DNA of 64,000 bases from Christensenellaceae bacterium (GTDB taxonomy: Bacteria > Bacillota > Clostridia > Christensenellales > Borkfalkiaceae). Shown piece after piece: positions 54,843-64,000 of the stretch. The DNA lies in NCBI GenBank assembly GCA_045534605.1, contig JAZSKA010000018.1, forward strand, positions 1,175 to 65,174. Reading direction: 5' to 3'. Numbering within the stretch: the stretch's first letter is position 1; each line of letters opens with the position of its first letter. Below the pieces are notes generated by a model that saw only the letters and a list, made by a program, of their open reading frames with translations, made no database searches and was not told the DNA's origin. Both the position numbers and the translations under genes were made by a program.

Positions 54843-55886
54843 TTAGTTATTGTCAGGAATTGCATCGTTGCCAACTTCAACGCCAGCGTTGTACTTAACT
54901 TCAGTAAGTTTATCGCATCCATAGAAACAAGCCGTTGGGATACGAGTGATTTGAGTTCCCGTTAAGTCAATGCTTGTCAAAGTCGTGCAGTTTTTAAACG
55001 CGCCGTCGTAAAGTTTTGCTAAACTTTGCGGTAAAGCCACCGTGTTAGCACCGTAGCCAAGCATCGAGCAACCTGCGAACGCTTCTTGATAAATTGTAGT
55101 AAGAGCAGTTGCTGCGCTAAAATCTACTTTATAAAGAGCAGTTGCGTTTTTGAAAGCGTATTTACCAATTTCTTTTACGGTTGAAGGGATTTTGATTTGA
55201 GTAAGTTTAGTCATACCCATAAACGCGCCTTCGCCGATATATTCGATTGCACCACTAAGTTCAACAGTTTCAATGCTTGTATTATTGAAAGCATAGTCTG
55301 ACAAAGTATCGCCAGTAACCGTTACTTTCTTTAACGCGGTTGGAAGATAATAAGCCGTACTTGAACCACCGCTTACGTAAACCATTGACGAAACCGTACC
55401 GCCAGTGAACGAACTCGTACCAAAAAGGTAACCTAAAGTTCTTTTTTCGTTTACAGCATCCTTTGTTTCACCAACGAAATTTAAAACGAGTTCTTTAAGG
55501 TTTGCACAGCCTGCGAACGCACCAAGGCCAACCTTTTCAACGTTTTCACCGATAGTAACTTTTCTTAAAACAAGTTGGTTAGAAAATGCACCTGCAGAAA
55601 TTTCTTTAACAGGAATCTTTTCGCCGTCAACTTCGTATTCGTTGATAACTACGTCAACCATTAAATCGCTATAATCGCCTTTAGAAACTTTTTCTGAATC
55701 TTCAGTTGATAGTGTGTACTTAGTTGCAACGGCGTATTTTTTGCCGTCTGCATCTTTCTTAACTTCGTAAACAAAGCCGGTCGTAACTTCGCTCGCTTCT
55801 TCTTTGTCCTTGTTGTTGCAAGCAGTCAACGCTAGGCACGCAAAAGCCAAAGTTAGTATTAAAATTGCGCTGATAAGTCTTTTCAT
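54843..55886 (-). CDS. BspA-type leucine-rich-repeat lipoprotein
   Basis: Lipoprotein signal LALTAC. Repeated units of the form I..GAF..C..L..V.LP. Confidence 0.8.
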   Translation of the reverse strand: MKRLISAILILTLAFACLALTACNNKDKEEASEVTTGFVYEVKKDADGKKYAVATKYTLSTEDSEKVSKGDYSDLMVDVVINEYEVDGEKIPVKEISAGAFSNQLVLRKVTIGENVEKVGLGAFAGCANLKELVLNFVGETKDAVNEKRTLGYLFGTSSFTGGTVSSMVYVSGGSSTAYYLPTALKKVTVTGDTLSDYAFNNTSIETVELSGAIEYIGEGAFMGMTKLTQIKIPSTVKEIGKYAFKNATALYKVDFSAATALTTIYQEAFAGCSMLGYGANTVALPQSLAKLYDGAFKNCTTLTSIDLTGTQITRIPTACFYGCDKLTEVKYNAGVEVGNDAIPDNN

Positions 55887-56038
55887 ATAAACTCCTTAAT
55901 CGAATAACGCTTATAGTTTTTATAATATGCTTATATGATTTTATCATTTTGGATGGCTTTTGTCAATAAAATACTCAAATAATGTTAATATATTAAGAAC
56001 AAAATTATAAAATTTAGGAATATTTTTTGAAAAATTAA

Positions 56039-56068
56039 GCGCTTGGCGAAATTTTTTTCGCCAAGCGC
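56039..56068 (-). terminator. Intrinsic terminator after the M1 peptidase gene
   Basis: 11-bp stem gcgcttggcga / tcgccaagcgc. Confidence 0.65.
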
Positions 56069-56073
56069 CCGTT

Positions 56074-57483
56074 TTAGACGACTGCCTTTCCTTCAATATA
56101 AGAATTTAATATACCTTTTGCTAAAGAGAAATTTTCCAAAAGTTTTTCAGTCGTTACAATCTTAAATTTATATTTTTCGTAATACTTTTTCAAAACCGCC
56201 TTTACCTTTTCTCTACCGATAGCGTCTTCTAAACTTTTCATCATCGTTAGCGGTCTGTTGTACGCAGTATTGACGTATTCTAAACTACCCGAAAACTCTT
56301 TTAGGTGCTTAACCATTTTATAGTCGGTTTCCTTTCCAAGCGATTGTAATATTTCACCGTACGTAGACGCACTTTTTCTTGCGTTTTCAAATATTAATTG
56401 ACTGCTGATATTAAATTCTTTATTCTCGTCGAAAAATATCGCGGTCGAGTATTCTGTAAGACCTTCGTCTAGGTATGCTTCGGTAAGCTGGTTATTTCCC
56501 ACCACGCCGTACCACCATTGATGCGCCGTTTCGTGAACTGCAGTGTAAAGCTTATTCGCTAGATTTAGCGTATCGTTTATATACACAAGTCCCGGATATT
56601 CCATACCGCCTTCTGAAAAGTTGCTTTGACAAACACTGAACTCGTCGTAAGAATATTTACCGAAAGTTTCAGAAAAATATTCGAGTGATTTTTTGGTTAC
56701 TTCTAAAGTTTTTTCCGGCTCAGAATCGTCATAATAATAGTAATTAACCGTCACCGAGCCCGACTTTTCAGAAATTACGCTAAACTTTTCACTTAAAACG
56801 AGCGCAAAGTCGCGTGCATTTTTAAGTTCGTAACTATACAGCGTTTTTTCACCGCTAACGTCACAGGAAGTTGCTTTTGCACTGCTAGCCACAACCATTT
56901 TTGACGGCACGAGCATTTCCACTTTAAAGTCGGCAACTTCAGAATAGAACGGATCGCCTTGAGAGTAATATTCGCACTCGTAAAACGCCCCGTTATCGTA
57001 AACGCAAAGCATTGGAAACCAATTCCCTAGGTTCACGGTGCTTTCACCTTTACAGTATCTGAAATCCCCACTTGGCAAAACTAAGCCAAAGTCAATATCA
57101 ACGGTAATTTTTTCGCCGTAGCAAATAATTTTTCCTAATTCGACCTTTAATATATTTTTATCGCTTCCGCAAATCTCATATTTCAAGTCTTCGCCCTTTT
57201 CTTTTACGGATATAATTTCCGTTTCACCGTAGACGGAAATATCATCTTGAATTGGCGTAATCTTAGCGTCTTTTCTGAACGCGTTCGTAAAAAGGTTAAA
57301 CTTTAAAATATCCGTTCCGTCTTTTACGTTACAAACGTAGTCAAACGACAAACGTGCGCCTATAACGCCGTTATCAAGGTATTCTGCGTAAATTTTATAG
57401 CAAGAATTTTCTAAATCCTGCTTGTTGCACCCAAAACAAGGCACGAAACAAACGATAAGTAAAAGCAATAAAAATTTTTTCAA
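56074..57483 (-). CDS. M1 family metallopeptidase (secreted or lipoprotein)
   Basis: HETAHQWWYG ... EGLTEY gluzincin motif. The start is uncertain: TTG at 57483 (MKKFLLLL) has better spacing to AAGAGGG than TTG at 57492. Confidence 0.8.
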   Translation of the reverse strand: MKKFLLLLLIVCFVPCFGCNKQDLENSCYKIYAEYLDNGVIGARLSFDYVCNVKDGTDILKFNLFTNAFRKDAKITPIQDDISVYGETEIISVKEKGEDLKYEICGSDKNILKVELGKIICYGEKITVDIDFGLVLPSGDFRYCKGESTVNLGNWFPMLCVYDNGAFYECEYYSQGDPFYSEVADFKVEMLVPSKMVVASSAKATSCDVSGEKTLYSYELKNARDFALVLSEKFSVISEKSGSVTVNYYYYDDSEPEKTLEVTKKSLEYFSETFGKYSYDEFSVCQSNFSEGGMEYPGLVYINDTLNLANKLYTAVHETAHQWWYGVVGNNQLTEAYLDEGLTEYSTAIFFDENKEFNISSQLIFENARKSASTYGEILQSLGKETDYKMVKHLKEFSGSLEYVNTAYNRPLTMMKSLEDAIGREKVKAVLKKYYEKYKFKIVTTEKLLENFSLAKGILNSYIEGKAVV

Positions 57484-57545
57484 AATGAACAACCCTCTTA
57501 CAAAAATATACTGTAAGAAGGTTATAAAAATGATTAATTTTGAAA

Positions 57546-58247
57546 TTATTTTCCGTCAATGTCAAGATATTTGAACGGATCGATATTTTTTCCGTTTTCT
57601 TTAACTTCAAAGTGAAGGTGCGCGCCGTCTTTATATTCTTGGCGGTTGTTCGTTGAAATTACGCCTATTTCTTGACCTTTTGAAACGGCTTGTCCTTCGC
57701 TAAGTCCGTCAATTGTTTCAATCGAATTATAAACTGACATAAGACCGTCGCCGTGAGAAATCGTAACCGTCGTACCGGTTAAATAACTTGTGGTAATACT
57801 TTCAATTTCGCCGTCGTAAACTGCAAAAACTTTTGCGTTTTCTTCCCCTGCAATATCAATGCCCATGTGTCCTGTGTAAATTCCAAGCGTTTGATTGTAA
57901 ACTACGCTTGCCGCGGTATATTCAGTCAATAGATAACCACCGCTAACTGGGCTAGCAAATACAATCGGTGCATCAGTTGGTTTGGTGTCTTCGCTCGTTC
58001 CCGATGAATTTGGAGCACTCGTTTCTACCTTACTTGAAGAAGGATTAGTAGTAGTCGAGTTTGAAGTTACAGTCGATTTCGTCGTTGAAGTAACAGTGCT
58101 TTTTGAAGAACTTTTACTTGCGTCAACTTGCGAAGACGATGAGTTTGCTATTGCAATCGTAACTGCAATAACTACCGCAACTATTGCTAGTGACAATAGA
58201 ATTAAGTATATGTTCTTCTTTGAAATTCCTTTTGTTTTTTGTTCCAT
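57546..58247 (-). CDS. M23 family peptidase with Ser/Thr-rich linker
   Basis: TM anchor, S/T-rich linker, GHMGIDIA and AHLHFEV. Confidence 0.88.
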   Translation of the reverse strand: MEQKTKGISKKNIYLILLSLAIVAVVIAVTIAIANSSSSQVDASKSSSKSTVTSTTKSTVTSNSTTTNPSSSKVETSAPNSSGTSEDTKPTDAPIVFASPVSGGYLLTEYTAASVVYNQTLGIYTGHMGIDIAGEENAKVFAVYDGEIESITTSYLTGTTVTISHGDGLMSVYNSIETIDGLSEGQAVSKGQEIGVISTNNRQEYKDGAHLHFEVKENGKNIDPFKYLDIDGK

Positions 58248-58550
58248 AATAAAACCTCCGTGTTATGTAGCCGAAAGGATGAAGTCAAACCAGATTTTAA
58301 GTGGCTAATATTGCTTATTTCAGCGTTAAAGCCCTTGTTAATACGGCAAGTATGAACTTCGGACTTTGCCTTGAAATATACAATATTTTCTCGCTTAAAA
58401 TTGCGAGCACCCTTAAGGCATATGTTATATTTAGCAACTTGCTAGCAATGTCTTATATTAGATGATTTTTGCGCCTTAAGGGCTAGTTCGACCTACAACC
58501 TTTCGACTACCCAGATTATTGCCACCTATTTTTTGTTTTATACTTAAAAT

Positions 58551-58967
58551 TTAAAAACTTCCGAAAATTATTGGCGAGCCTATAGTTATAATATCGTCGT
58601 TTATTGCCGTTTGCACGTTGATTTTATGCCCGTTAATCGTCTTATACACCGAGATTTTATCAGAATAGTAATAATTTATAATAATATTATCCACCTTTTC
58701 AGAAAAAACGAGTTCTGCCTTAAGTCTATTAATTTCCTTTTCAATATTTTCTTTAGAAGTAGTCGTAACGCTTTCACCGCATACGTTTTTCAAACTCTTT
58801 TTAATTTCTTTTGCGCTATTAAAATCTACGGTAATTATCTTCGCGTTTGAACTTGAACTTTCTAGATAAAAAGTGTAGTCACCTTCAATATTGAATATTA
58901 AAGATTTTTCACCAACGAGTGAAAACGCTAATATTACTGCCACAACGAGCGCCAACCTTTTAAGCAT
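58551..58967 (-). CDS. Hypothetical secreted protein
   Basis: 138 aa with an N-terminal signal-like helix. No family recognised. Confidence 0.5.
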   Translation of the reverse strand: MLKRLALVVAVILAFSLVGEKSLIFNIEGDYTFYLESSSSNAKIITVDFNSAKEIKKSLKNVCGESVTTTSKENIEKEINRLKAELVFSEKVDNIIINYYYSDKISVYKTINGHKINVQTAINDDIITIGSPIIFGSF

Positions 58968-59036
58968 AAAAAAATTCCCCTGAAAATCACTTTCAAGGGA
59001 ATTATTGACTGTTGTTTTATTTTTTATACTTATTTT

Positions 59037-60206
59037 TTAAAGACACTCTAACATACCGCTGTCATTTAAAAGTTTTAAAAGTCCACCGTCGTAAATATAA
59101 GAAGATAATTTTAAAACTGTTTTAAGTTCTGCTATGCTAAAACCAGCGCGCTTTTGTCTGCCTTTATATACGTATTTATAGTTATCTTCGAGTTTTTCGT
59201 TAAGTTTATAAACCTTTCTTATAAGCGATAAAAAACCGCTGTCGATTAAGGCTTGTCTTTTAGAAATAAGGTCGTCAAATTCTAGCGGTTTATACTTTTT
59301 AATAATCTCAAGTTCTGACGAATTTAATAAGTTTGCAAGTTCGCTAACGTGTTCGTTATAGTCGGGCGACACCCTAGTTTTTATCGTATCCACACGCAAA
59401 AAGAGTTCGTATAACTTGATTAACGGCTTATTTACAAAAAATGCGTTCTCGCACTGGGAGTTTTCTTTTTGGGTAGATAATATGTACGCTAGCGATTTTT
59501 CATTTGCCGAAAACTCGCCAAAAGTTTTTAAAAACAAGCCCATTGAGAGTTGTGCATTGATAATACTTATTTTGCAAGCGTTACCTTCAGAATCAATTTT
59601 TGTAAGCCTTGTTAATATATTAAAAACTTCGTCAATCTCTTTAGAGTCGCGATTATTTAGAATGCAATCAACCTTATAATCTAAAAATGCAATCGATTTA
59701 GAAGCAACTTCGCAATACGCGTCTGCAAAGGCTTGTTTTTTAAGCCCTGCTAAAAAAGGAAGGTCGATAACACAAAGATCGGGGACTTGAACGGAGAAAA
59801 GTTCTGGTAGTTTTTCATTTATTAGATAGCACGATTTTGAAAAGATAGTCATAAAAGCAATTTCTGTCGGAACTGCAATTAGTTGTATTTTAAACATCGT
59901 CGCGAAAAATCTTGCCAGATTAATAAGTTCTGCGTTTCCTACCGCAATAATTAAACTTACGTCTTCAGAAAAACAAAAAAGTTTCAAGTAGGTGTTCGGT
60001 TCAGGTGAAAAACTGTCGTCTAAAACGATGTTTTTTAAAGTTACGCCCCTATCTTCAAAATCGTCTTTAATTTCTTTTGCAAGCGCAAAATAGTCGCTAT
60101 CTCTTGAGATAAGCGCAACACTTCCACCTAAATCTTTTTGAAATTCTTTACAAACTTTTACGGCGTTTGAAAAACAAACGCCGTTTAAATTATTTTTATC
60201 TGACAT
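59037..60206 (-). CDS. Dehydroquinate-synthase/Fe-ADH-fold protein (glycerol-1-phosphate dehydrogenase-like), degenerate
   Basis: Resembles the fold pattern by eye (LIIAVGNAELINLARFFA ... LIAVPT). The glycine-rich NAD loop is not canonical. Confidence 0.35.
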   Translation of the reverse strand: MSDKNNLNGVCFSNAVKVCKEFQKDLGGSVALISRDSDYFALAKEIKDDFEDRGVTLKNIVLDDSFSPEPNTYLKLFCFSEDVSLIIAVGNAELINLARFFATMFKIQLIAVPTEIAFMTIFSKSCYLINEKLPELFSVQVPDLCVIDLPFLAGLKKQAFADAYCEVASKSIAFLDYKVDCILNNRDSKEIDEVFNILTRLTKIDSEGNACKISIINAQLSMGLFLKTFGEFSANEKSLAYILSTQKENSQCENAFFVNKPLIKLYELFLRVDTIKTRVSPDYNEHVSELANLLNSSELEIIKKYKPLEFDDLISKRQALIDSGFLSLIRKVYKLNEKLEDNYKYVYKGRQKRAGFSIAELKTVLKLSSYIYDGGLLKLLNDSGMLECL

Positions 60207-61402
60207 TACTCGCCCCTACCGATTTTCGCAAAAAGTCTAACCTTATCTTCAAAATTAACGTTTAGAGAAGATAAAACGTATCCTTCTGCGGTTTGGTTTT
60301 GACTCATTTCGCTACCGACGACTACAAAGCAAGACTGCTTCATTAAATTTTCGCTTCTCTCATCAGGGAAACGGAATTTAAAGTCTTGGCGCGGAAATTC
60401 TATGCTCGAAAGTAAAAACGGCAACATTTCAAGATCTTTAAGTTTATCAAATACTGCATTTCTTAAACTTTCGTCCATTTTTGACGGGTCAAAAGAAAAA
60501 CCGTCAAAGCCGAGTTTTTTCAAGTTTTCAATAAGCGAAGAAAGTTTTTGCCTATTTTCGTCGTTATCTTCAAGTTTTTCAAGGGTTTCATACTCAAACG
60601 AACAGATTGCGCCAACGTCTTTGCTTAAAGAAACGGCACTTTCTGCGCTTTGGTAATTTTTCTTTGCAGAAAACTTTGACTTTTGTAAAAACAGCGCGCT
60701 TGCAAGGTCGTATTCGTAGTAGACGTTATTTTCAACAGTCAAAAGTTTTATTTCTTCGTTAGATAAATTAAGCCCTAACTCGTTTAAAATATCGACAACT
60801 TTTTCTTTAGAAAATTTTTCTTTAAGTTTTTTAGATAACGAAAAGTAAGCGTATTTACTTAAATAAACCTTAGACTTACTCTTTTTAACCTGACTTAAAA
60901 CGTCTTTCTTAAAGTCAACTCTAACGCCGTATTTTTCAAAACGCGCGTTAATCTCTTCGGTCGTTTTTAGTACGTTTGAATATTGGTTTTGCTGAAACGG
61001 GAGAAGTCTTTTTTCGACGTCTTTGAAAAAGCGGGAAGCAATACCCATAACGGAAACGTTATAAAAAGCACCGCCCAAAAAATCGAACTTTGCGCGGATT
61101 TGAACGCCCGTTGAATATGTTACGCCCAAAATTTTACTCGCTTTAATAAATTCGTCAGCCCCAGATAGAGTATAATTATCCATAACACCAGCAAGTCTTA
61201 ACCCGAATTTATCTGCCATAAAGCACGCAAGACTTGGTGAATACGGAGAAAATGAATAATCGGTATGAATAGACAAAAGCGTGTCGTCAGAATACTCTTT
61301 TTCACCGCGAATTTTTGCGAGTTTTTTCAAAGCCTTAAGACGCGCGCCTTTACGCTTTGAACTGAGCGCGTCTACGAACTGATTTGTTAGCATTTCTTCC
61401 AC
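60206..61402 (-). CDS. PHP-like domain protein, degenerate metal motif
   Basis: LSIHTDYSFSPYSP resembles PHP motif 1 but has a single His. The stop overlaps the downstream gene start. Confidence 0.35.
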   Translation of the reverse strand: MEEMLTNQFVDALSSKRKGARLKALKKLAKIRGEKEYSDDTLLSIHTDYSFSPYSPSLACFMADKFGLRLAGVMDNYTLSGADEFIKASKILGVTYSTGVQIRAKFDFLGGAFYNVSVMGIASRFFKDVEKRLLPFQQNQYSNVLKTTEEINARFEKYGVRVDFKKDVLSQVKKSKSKVYLSKYAYFSLSKKLKEKFSKEKVVDILNELGLNLSNEEIKLLTVENNVYYEYDLASALFLQKSKFSAKKNYQSAESAVSLSKDVGAICSFEYETLEKLEDNDENRQKLSSLIENLKKLGFDGFSFDPSKMDESLRNAVFDKLKDLEMLPFLLSSIEFPRQDFKFRFPDERSENLMKQSCFVVVGSEMSQNQTAEGYVLSSLNVNFEDKVRLFAKIGRGE

Positions 61403-61546
61403 CCTTTAATGCTTTTTATTTAAAATAATAATAGTATATTTTATTGAAAAAGTCAAATAATAAACTGTAAAGAAGACTTTTTGTGTAAATATCACCAAAC
61501 TTTCACAAAAAATGTTGTTTTTTGAAGAATTTTTTCAAAAAACATA

Positions 61547-61575
61547 TTGAAATGTCACTTTTTTTGTGATATAAT
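61547..61575 (+). promoter_or_regulatory. Promoter of hup (extended -10)
   Basis: TTGAAA-17 nt-TATAAT, preceded by TGA. Confidence 0.55.
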
Positions 61576-61626
61576 ACACTTAATCAAGGTTTGATACAAA
61601 AGTCAAACGAATTTTGGAGGATTAAA

Positions 61627-61899
61627 ATGAATAAGAACGAATTTATCAGAAAATACGCTGACAAACAAGGCGTTACCATTAAAGATGCTGAACAAAGCTT
61701 CTCTGCTTTTGTTGAAACTTTAACCGATTGCTTAAAGGCTGGCGAATACGTACACATCTCTGGCTTTGCTACTTTCGAAATCAAAGAAAAGGCTGAAAGA
61801 GAAGGCGTTAACCCTAAGAACAAAGAAAAAATCGTTATCCCTGCTTGCAAATCACCTTCAGTTAAGTTCAGCAAAACTTATAAAGATTTATTCAACTAA
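61627..61899 (+). CDS. hup: HU family DNA-binding protein
   Basis: MNKNEFIRKYADKQGVT...GFATFEIKEKAEREGVNPKNKEKIVIPA. ATG at 61627 after TTGGAGG. Confidence 0.93.
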   Translation: MNKNEFIRKYADKQGVTIKDAEQSFSAFVETLTDCLKAGEYVHISGFATFEIKEKAEREGVNPKNKEKIVIPACKSPSVKFSKTYKDLFN

Positions 61900-61910
61900 T
61901 AAAAATTCAA

Positions 61911-61978
61911 AAACCCGCTTGCAACAAAAATTGCAAGCGGGTTTAATTTTAAAAGCGGACAAAATTTTGTCCGCTTTT
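61911..61978. terminator. Two tandem bidirectional terminators between hup and mreB
   Basis: aaacccgcttgca/tgcaagcgggttt (61911-61944) and aaaagcggac/gtccgctttt (61951-61978). Confidence 0.8.
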
Positions 61979-61979
61979 A

Positions 61980-62987
61980 TTATCTTTTATTAATTCTTAA
62001 TTTCTTTAAAAGTTCTTTGTTTGATGCGACGGTTCCGCCACCTACGATAACGGAAAGTTCTGGGTTTTCTGCAATGTTAGCCCTAATCCCCATTTTTAGC
62101 CTAAAATATTCTTCTAGACCTACGGTTTTAGCAACGCCACCTGAAAAATACACACCGTTTTTTCTGATATCTGCTGAAACTTCGGCAGGTAGTTTAGCCA
62201 TAACCATACCCATAATTTGAAAGATTTTATCAAAGAAAATGTAGATTGGCTCGCTAATTTCGCCAGCAGAGACTTTGAGCGCACGAGGCCTACCCGTTTC
62301 CACGTCGCGACCGTTAATTACCATTTGAGTATTTTCACCTTCAACCAAACTTCCGATAGAAATTTTAAGTCTTTCGGCAGTTAGCGCACCTATTAAAAGC
62401 CCAAACCTTTCTTCAATGAAGGTTTGTAACATAGCATCAATGCTTATACCGCCCATATTGACGTTAACGCCACAGATAACCCCGTCTAAAGAAACGGCTG
62501 CAATATCCGTCGATCCGCCACCGATATCAACGACGAAACAAGGCGTTGCATCCGCCATAGGAATTTGCATACCGATAGCAGAAAGAATTGGTGCTTCAAC
62601 AAACGAATAGTTAGAAACGTCGCACGCAATAAGCATTTTTTCAAACTTTCTAATTGCAGGAAGTTCAATACCGCAAGGCACGCTGAACACGACTTGTGGG
62701 CGCGCGCTAAGTTTTTTAAGCGTAATTTTATTCAAAAATCTTTCGCACATAGCAGTTGCAGCCGACTCGTCTTCAATCTCCGACTCAAATATAGGGCTTA
62801 AAACAACGGTGCTATCGCTCGTTCTGCCGATTAAACTTTTTGCAGATTTACCGACTTCTTTAACCTTTCTTTTAGAGTCGGTTGAAAGTGCCACGACACT
62901 CGGCTCGTACAAAACTACGCCCGTACCAACCTGGTAAATAGCCGTAGACGACGAGCCCATATCAACTGCAATTACGTTTGATTTCAT
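61980..62987 (-). CDS. mreB: MreB/Mbl-type actin-like rod-shape protein (divergent)
   Basis: VDMGSSSTAIY, EPSVVA and VVDIGGGSTDIAAVS. Sits downstream of maf. Confidence 0.8.
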   Translation of the reverse strand: MKSNVIAVDMGSSSTAIYQVGTGVVLYEPSVVALSTDSKRKVKEVGKSAKSLIGRTSDSTVVLSPIFESEIEDESAATAMCERFLNKITLKKLSARPQVVFSVPCGIELPAIRKFEKMLIACDVSNYSFVEAPILSAIGMQIPMADATPCFVVDIGGGSTDIAAVSLDGVICGVNVNMGGISIDAMLQTFIEERFGLLIGALTAERLKISIGSLVEGENTQMVINGRDVETGRPRALKVSAGEISEPIYIFFDKIFQIMGMVMAKLPAEVSADIRKNGVYFSGGVAKTVGLEEYFRLKMGIRANIAENPELSVIVGGGTVASNKELLKKLRINKR

Positions 62988-63010
62988 TTTAGTATATCCC
63001 CTTTATTATA

Positions 63011-63568
63011 TTAAGGTTTAAACCCGTGATTTTTTAATATAACGTCAATTTTTTCAATAGGAAGTCCAACGACGTTGTAATAACTTCCGTCAACACTTTT
63101 AACGAGATTAAATTGGTCTTGTATACCATATCCGCCAGCCTTGTCAAGCCCTAGCCCAAGCGCCACGTATTCGTCGATTATTTCCTTCGATAAATTGTTA
63201 AATATTACGTTCGATACGTCGTATCCTGAAATCTCTTTACCGCCTACGATAAAGCAAAACCCAGTAATGACTTGATGCGCTCTACTGCTTAACCTTTCAA
63301 GCATCTCTTTAGCGTGCTTATTGTTTTTCGGTTTCCCTAAAATTTCACCGTCTAAAACGACGATAGTATCTGCGCCTAAAGTCGGTCTTTTATGTATTTT
63401 ATAAACGGAACGCGCCTTCTGAGTCCCTAAAGAAGTCGCTATATAGCACGGTAAAACGCCCTTTTCGACTATTTCATCTTCAAGTGACGGAATTATATCA
63501 AAACTATATCCGTATTTTTCTAATATCTCTTTACGCCTTGGCGATGCGCTTGCGAGTATAAATTTCAT
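63011..63568 (-). CDS. maf: Maf nucleoside triphosphate pyrophosphatase
   Basis: ILASASPRRKEIL and GKAGGYGIQ-like GGYGIQD. Confidence 0.92.
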   Translation of the reverse strand: MKFILASASPRRKEILEKYGYSFDIIPSLEDEIVEKGVLPCYIATSLGTQKARSVYKIHKRPTLGADTIVVLDGEILGKPKNNKHAKEMLERLSSRAHQVITGFCFIVGGKEISGYDVSNVIFNNLSKEIIDEYVALGLGLDKAGGYGIQDQFNLVKSVDGSYYNVVGLPIEKIDVILKNHGFKP

Positions 63569-63570
63569 AA

Positions 63571-64000
63571 TTATTTTATTTCGGTTAAAGACGCAGCGGC
63601 AATACTTTGACCGACGCGCTTATTCTTCTCGTCAGGCATTTCAATATTGATATTAAGATGCGGGAATTCTTCTTTTAAAACTTTATTAGCATTTTCCATA
63701 ATAATACTACCGCCCTTACCGCTCGTTACTCTACCCAAAAGTAAAAGGTGCTTAATATCGTAGAATTCAGCGTAAAAAGGAATAGCGTAGCCAAGATATA
63801 TTCCGATATCCGCGTAAATAGTTTTTGCCATTTCGTCGCCGTCTTTCATAAGGTCTTGAACAACGTTAAGTTTTTCCGCAGGAGTAAGCCCTTCTTCGAA
63901 TTTAAATCCCGAGTTTTGGGCAAGTTTTATAACTGCGTCTTGAGAGAAATACTTAACGCCACAACCGATATCACCACTCCACTCGTCTTGCATAGCATTA
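63571..64000 (-). CDS. ASKHA/ROK-like sugar kinase family protein, C-terminal part (5' end probably outside window)
   Basis: The frame stays open upstream of the listed Met to the window edge. LLLGRVTSGKGGSIIMENA resembles the ROK C-terminal pattern. Confidence 0.35.
   Translation of the reverse strand, partial: NAMQDEWSGDIGCGVKYFSQDAVIKLAQNSGFKFEEGLTPAEKLNVVQDLMKDGDEMAKTIYADIGIYLGYAIPFYAEFYDIKHLLLLGRVTSGKGGSIIMENANKVLKEEFPHLNINIEMPDEKNKRVGQSIAAASLTEIK

Noticed and set aside
58248-58550. c-di-AMP (ydaO-type) riboswitch upstream of the M23 peptidase gene
   Set aside because: I could not find the characteristic pseudo-symmetric ACGGGGA / CCCGA-type conserved segments. I left it as an unclassified structured leader.
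61584-61993. ORFs 61584-61874 (minus) and 61766-61993 (plus)
   Set aside because: They are antisense to or out of frame with hup, or they cross its terminators. These are shadow ORFs.
1-64000. tRNA, rRNA, tmRNA, RNase P or SRP RNA genes in the larger intergenic gaps (18448-18895, 48793-49149)
   Set aside because: No T-arm GGTTCGAATCC-like segment, cloverleaf pairing or other conserved signature was visible by eye. A covariance-model scan would be needed to exclude them formally.

Overview
64-kb chromosomal window from a low-GC, apparently spore-forming Firmicute (Clostridia-like). This placement rests on a spoIVFA/spoIVFB-like pair, the DUF512-der-plsY and prs-pth-mfd-prsA-like gene orders, and maf-mreB. 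Most genes are housekeeping and lie on the minus strand: obg, nth, metK, murG, dut, mfd, pth, prs, tadA, rlmH, plsY, der, queH, gap, hup, mreB, maf, plus a potABCD operon on the plus strand. I saw no rRNA, tRNA, CRISPR array, transposase or integrase. A large surface-protein gene at 1-3288 (minus) is missing from the ORF track because it runs off the window edge. Two things stand out. (1) Two different TIR-domain fusion proteins bracket the conserved ruvX-DUF1292 pair. One is TIR plus a degenerate methyltransferase-like domain, co-transcribed with a tandem-GNAT protein, in a 2.6-kb cassette flanked by identical 32-nt palindromes. The other is TIR fused to an FtsK-like motor domain that lacks the Walker A lysine. 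(2) The window has an unusually rich intergenic repeat layer. Two families of about 190-280 bp mirrored hairpin-array elements occur twice each: constant 7-8-nt linkers separate variable hairpins whose stems are kept by compensatory changes. A 32-nt palindrome occurs four times. A related 13-nt box, TAATCGACTTATA, occurs eight times at gene ends and often supplies the stop codon. All coordinates were indexed by hand. All family assignments come from motif recognition, not database searches.
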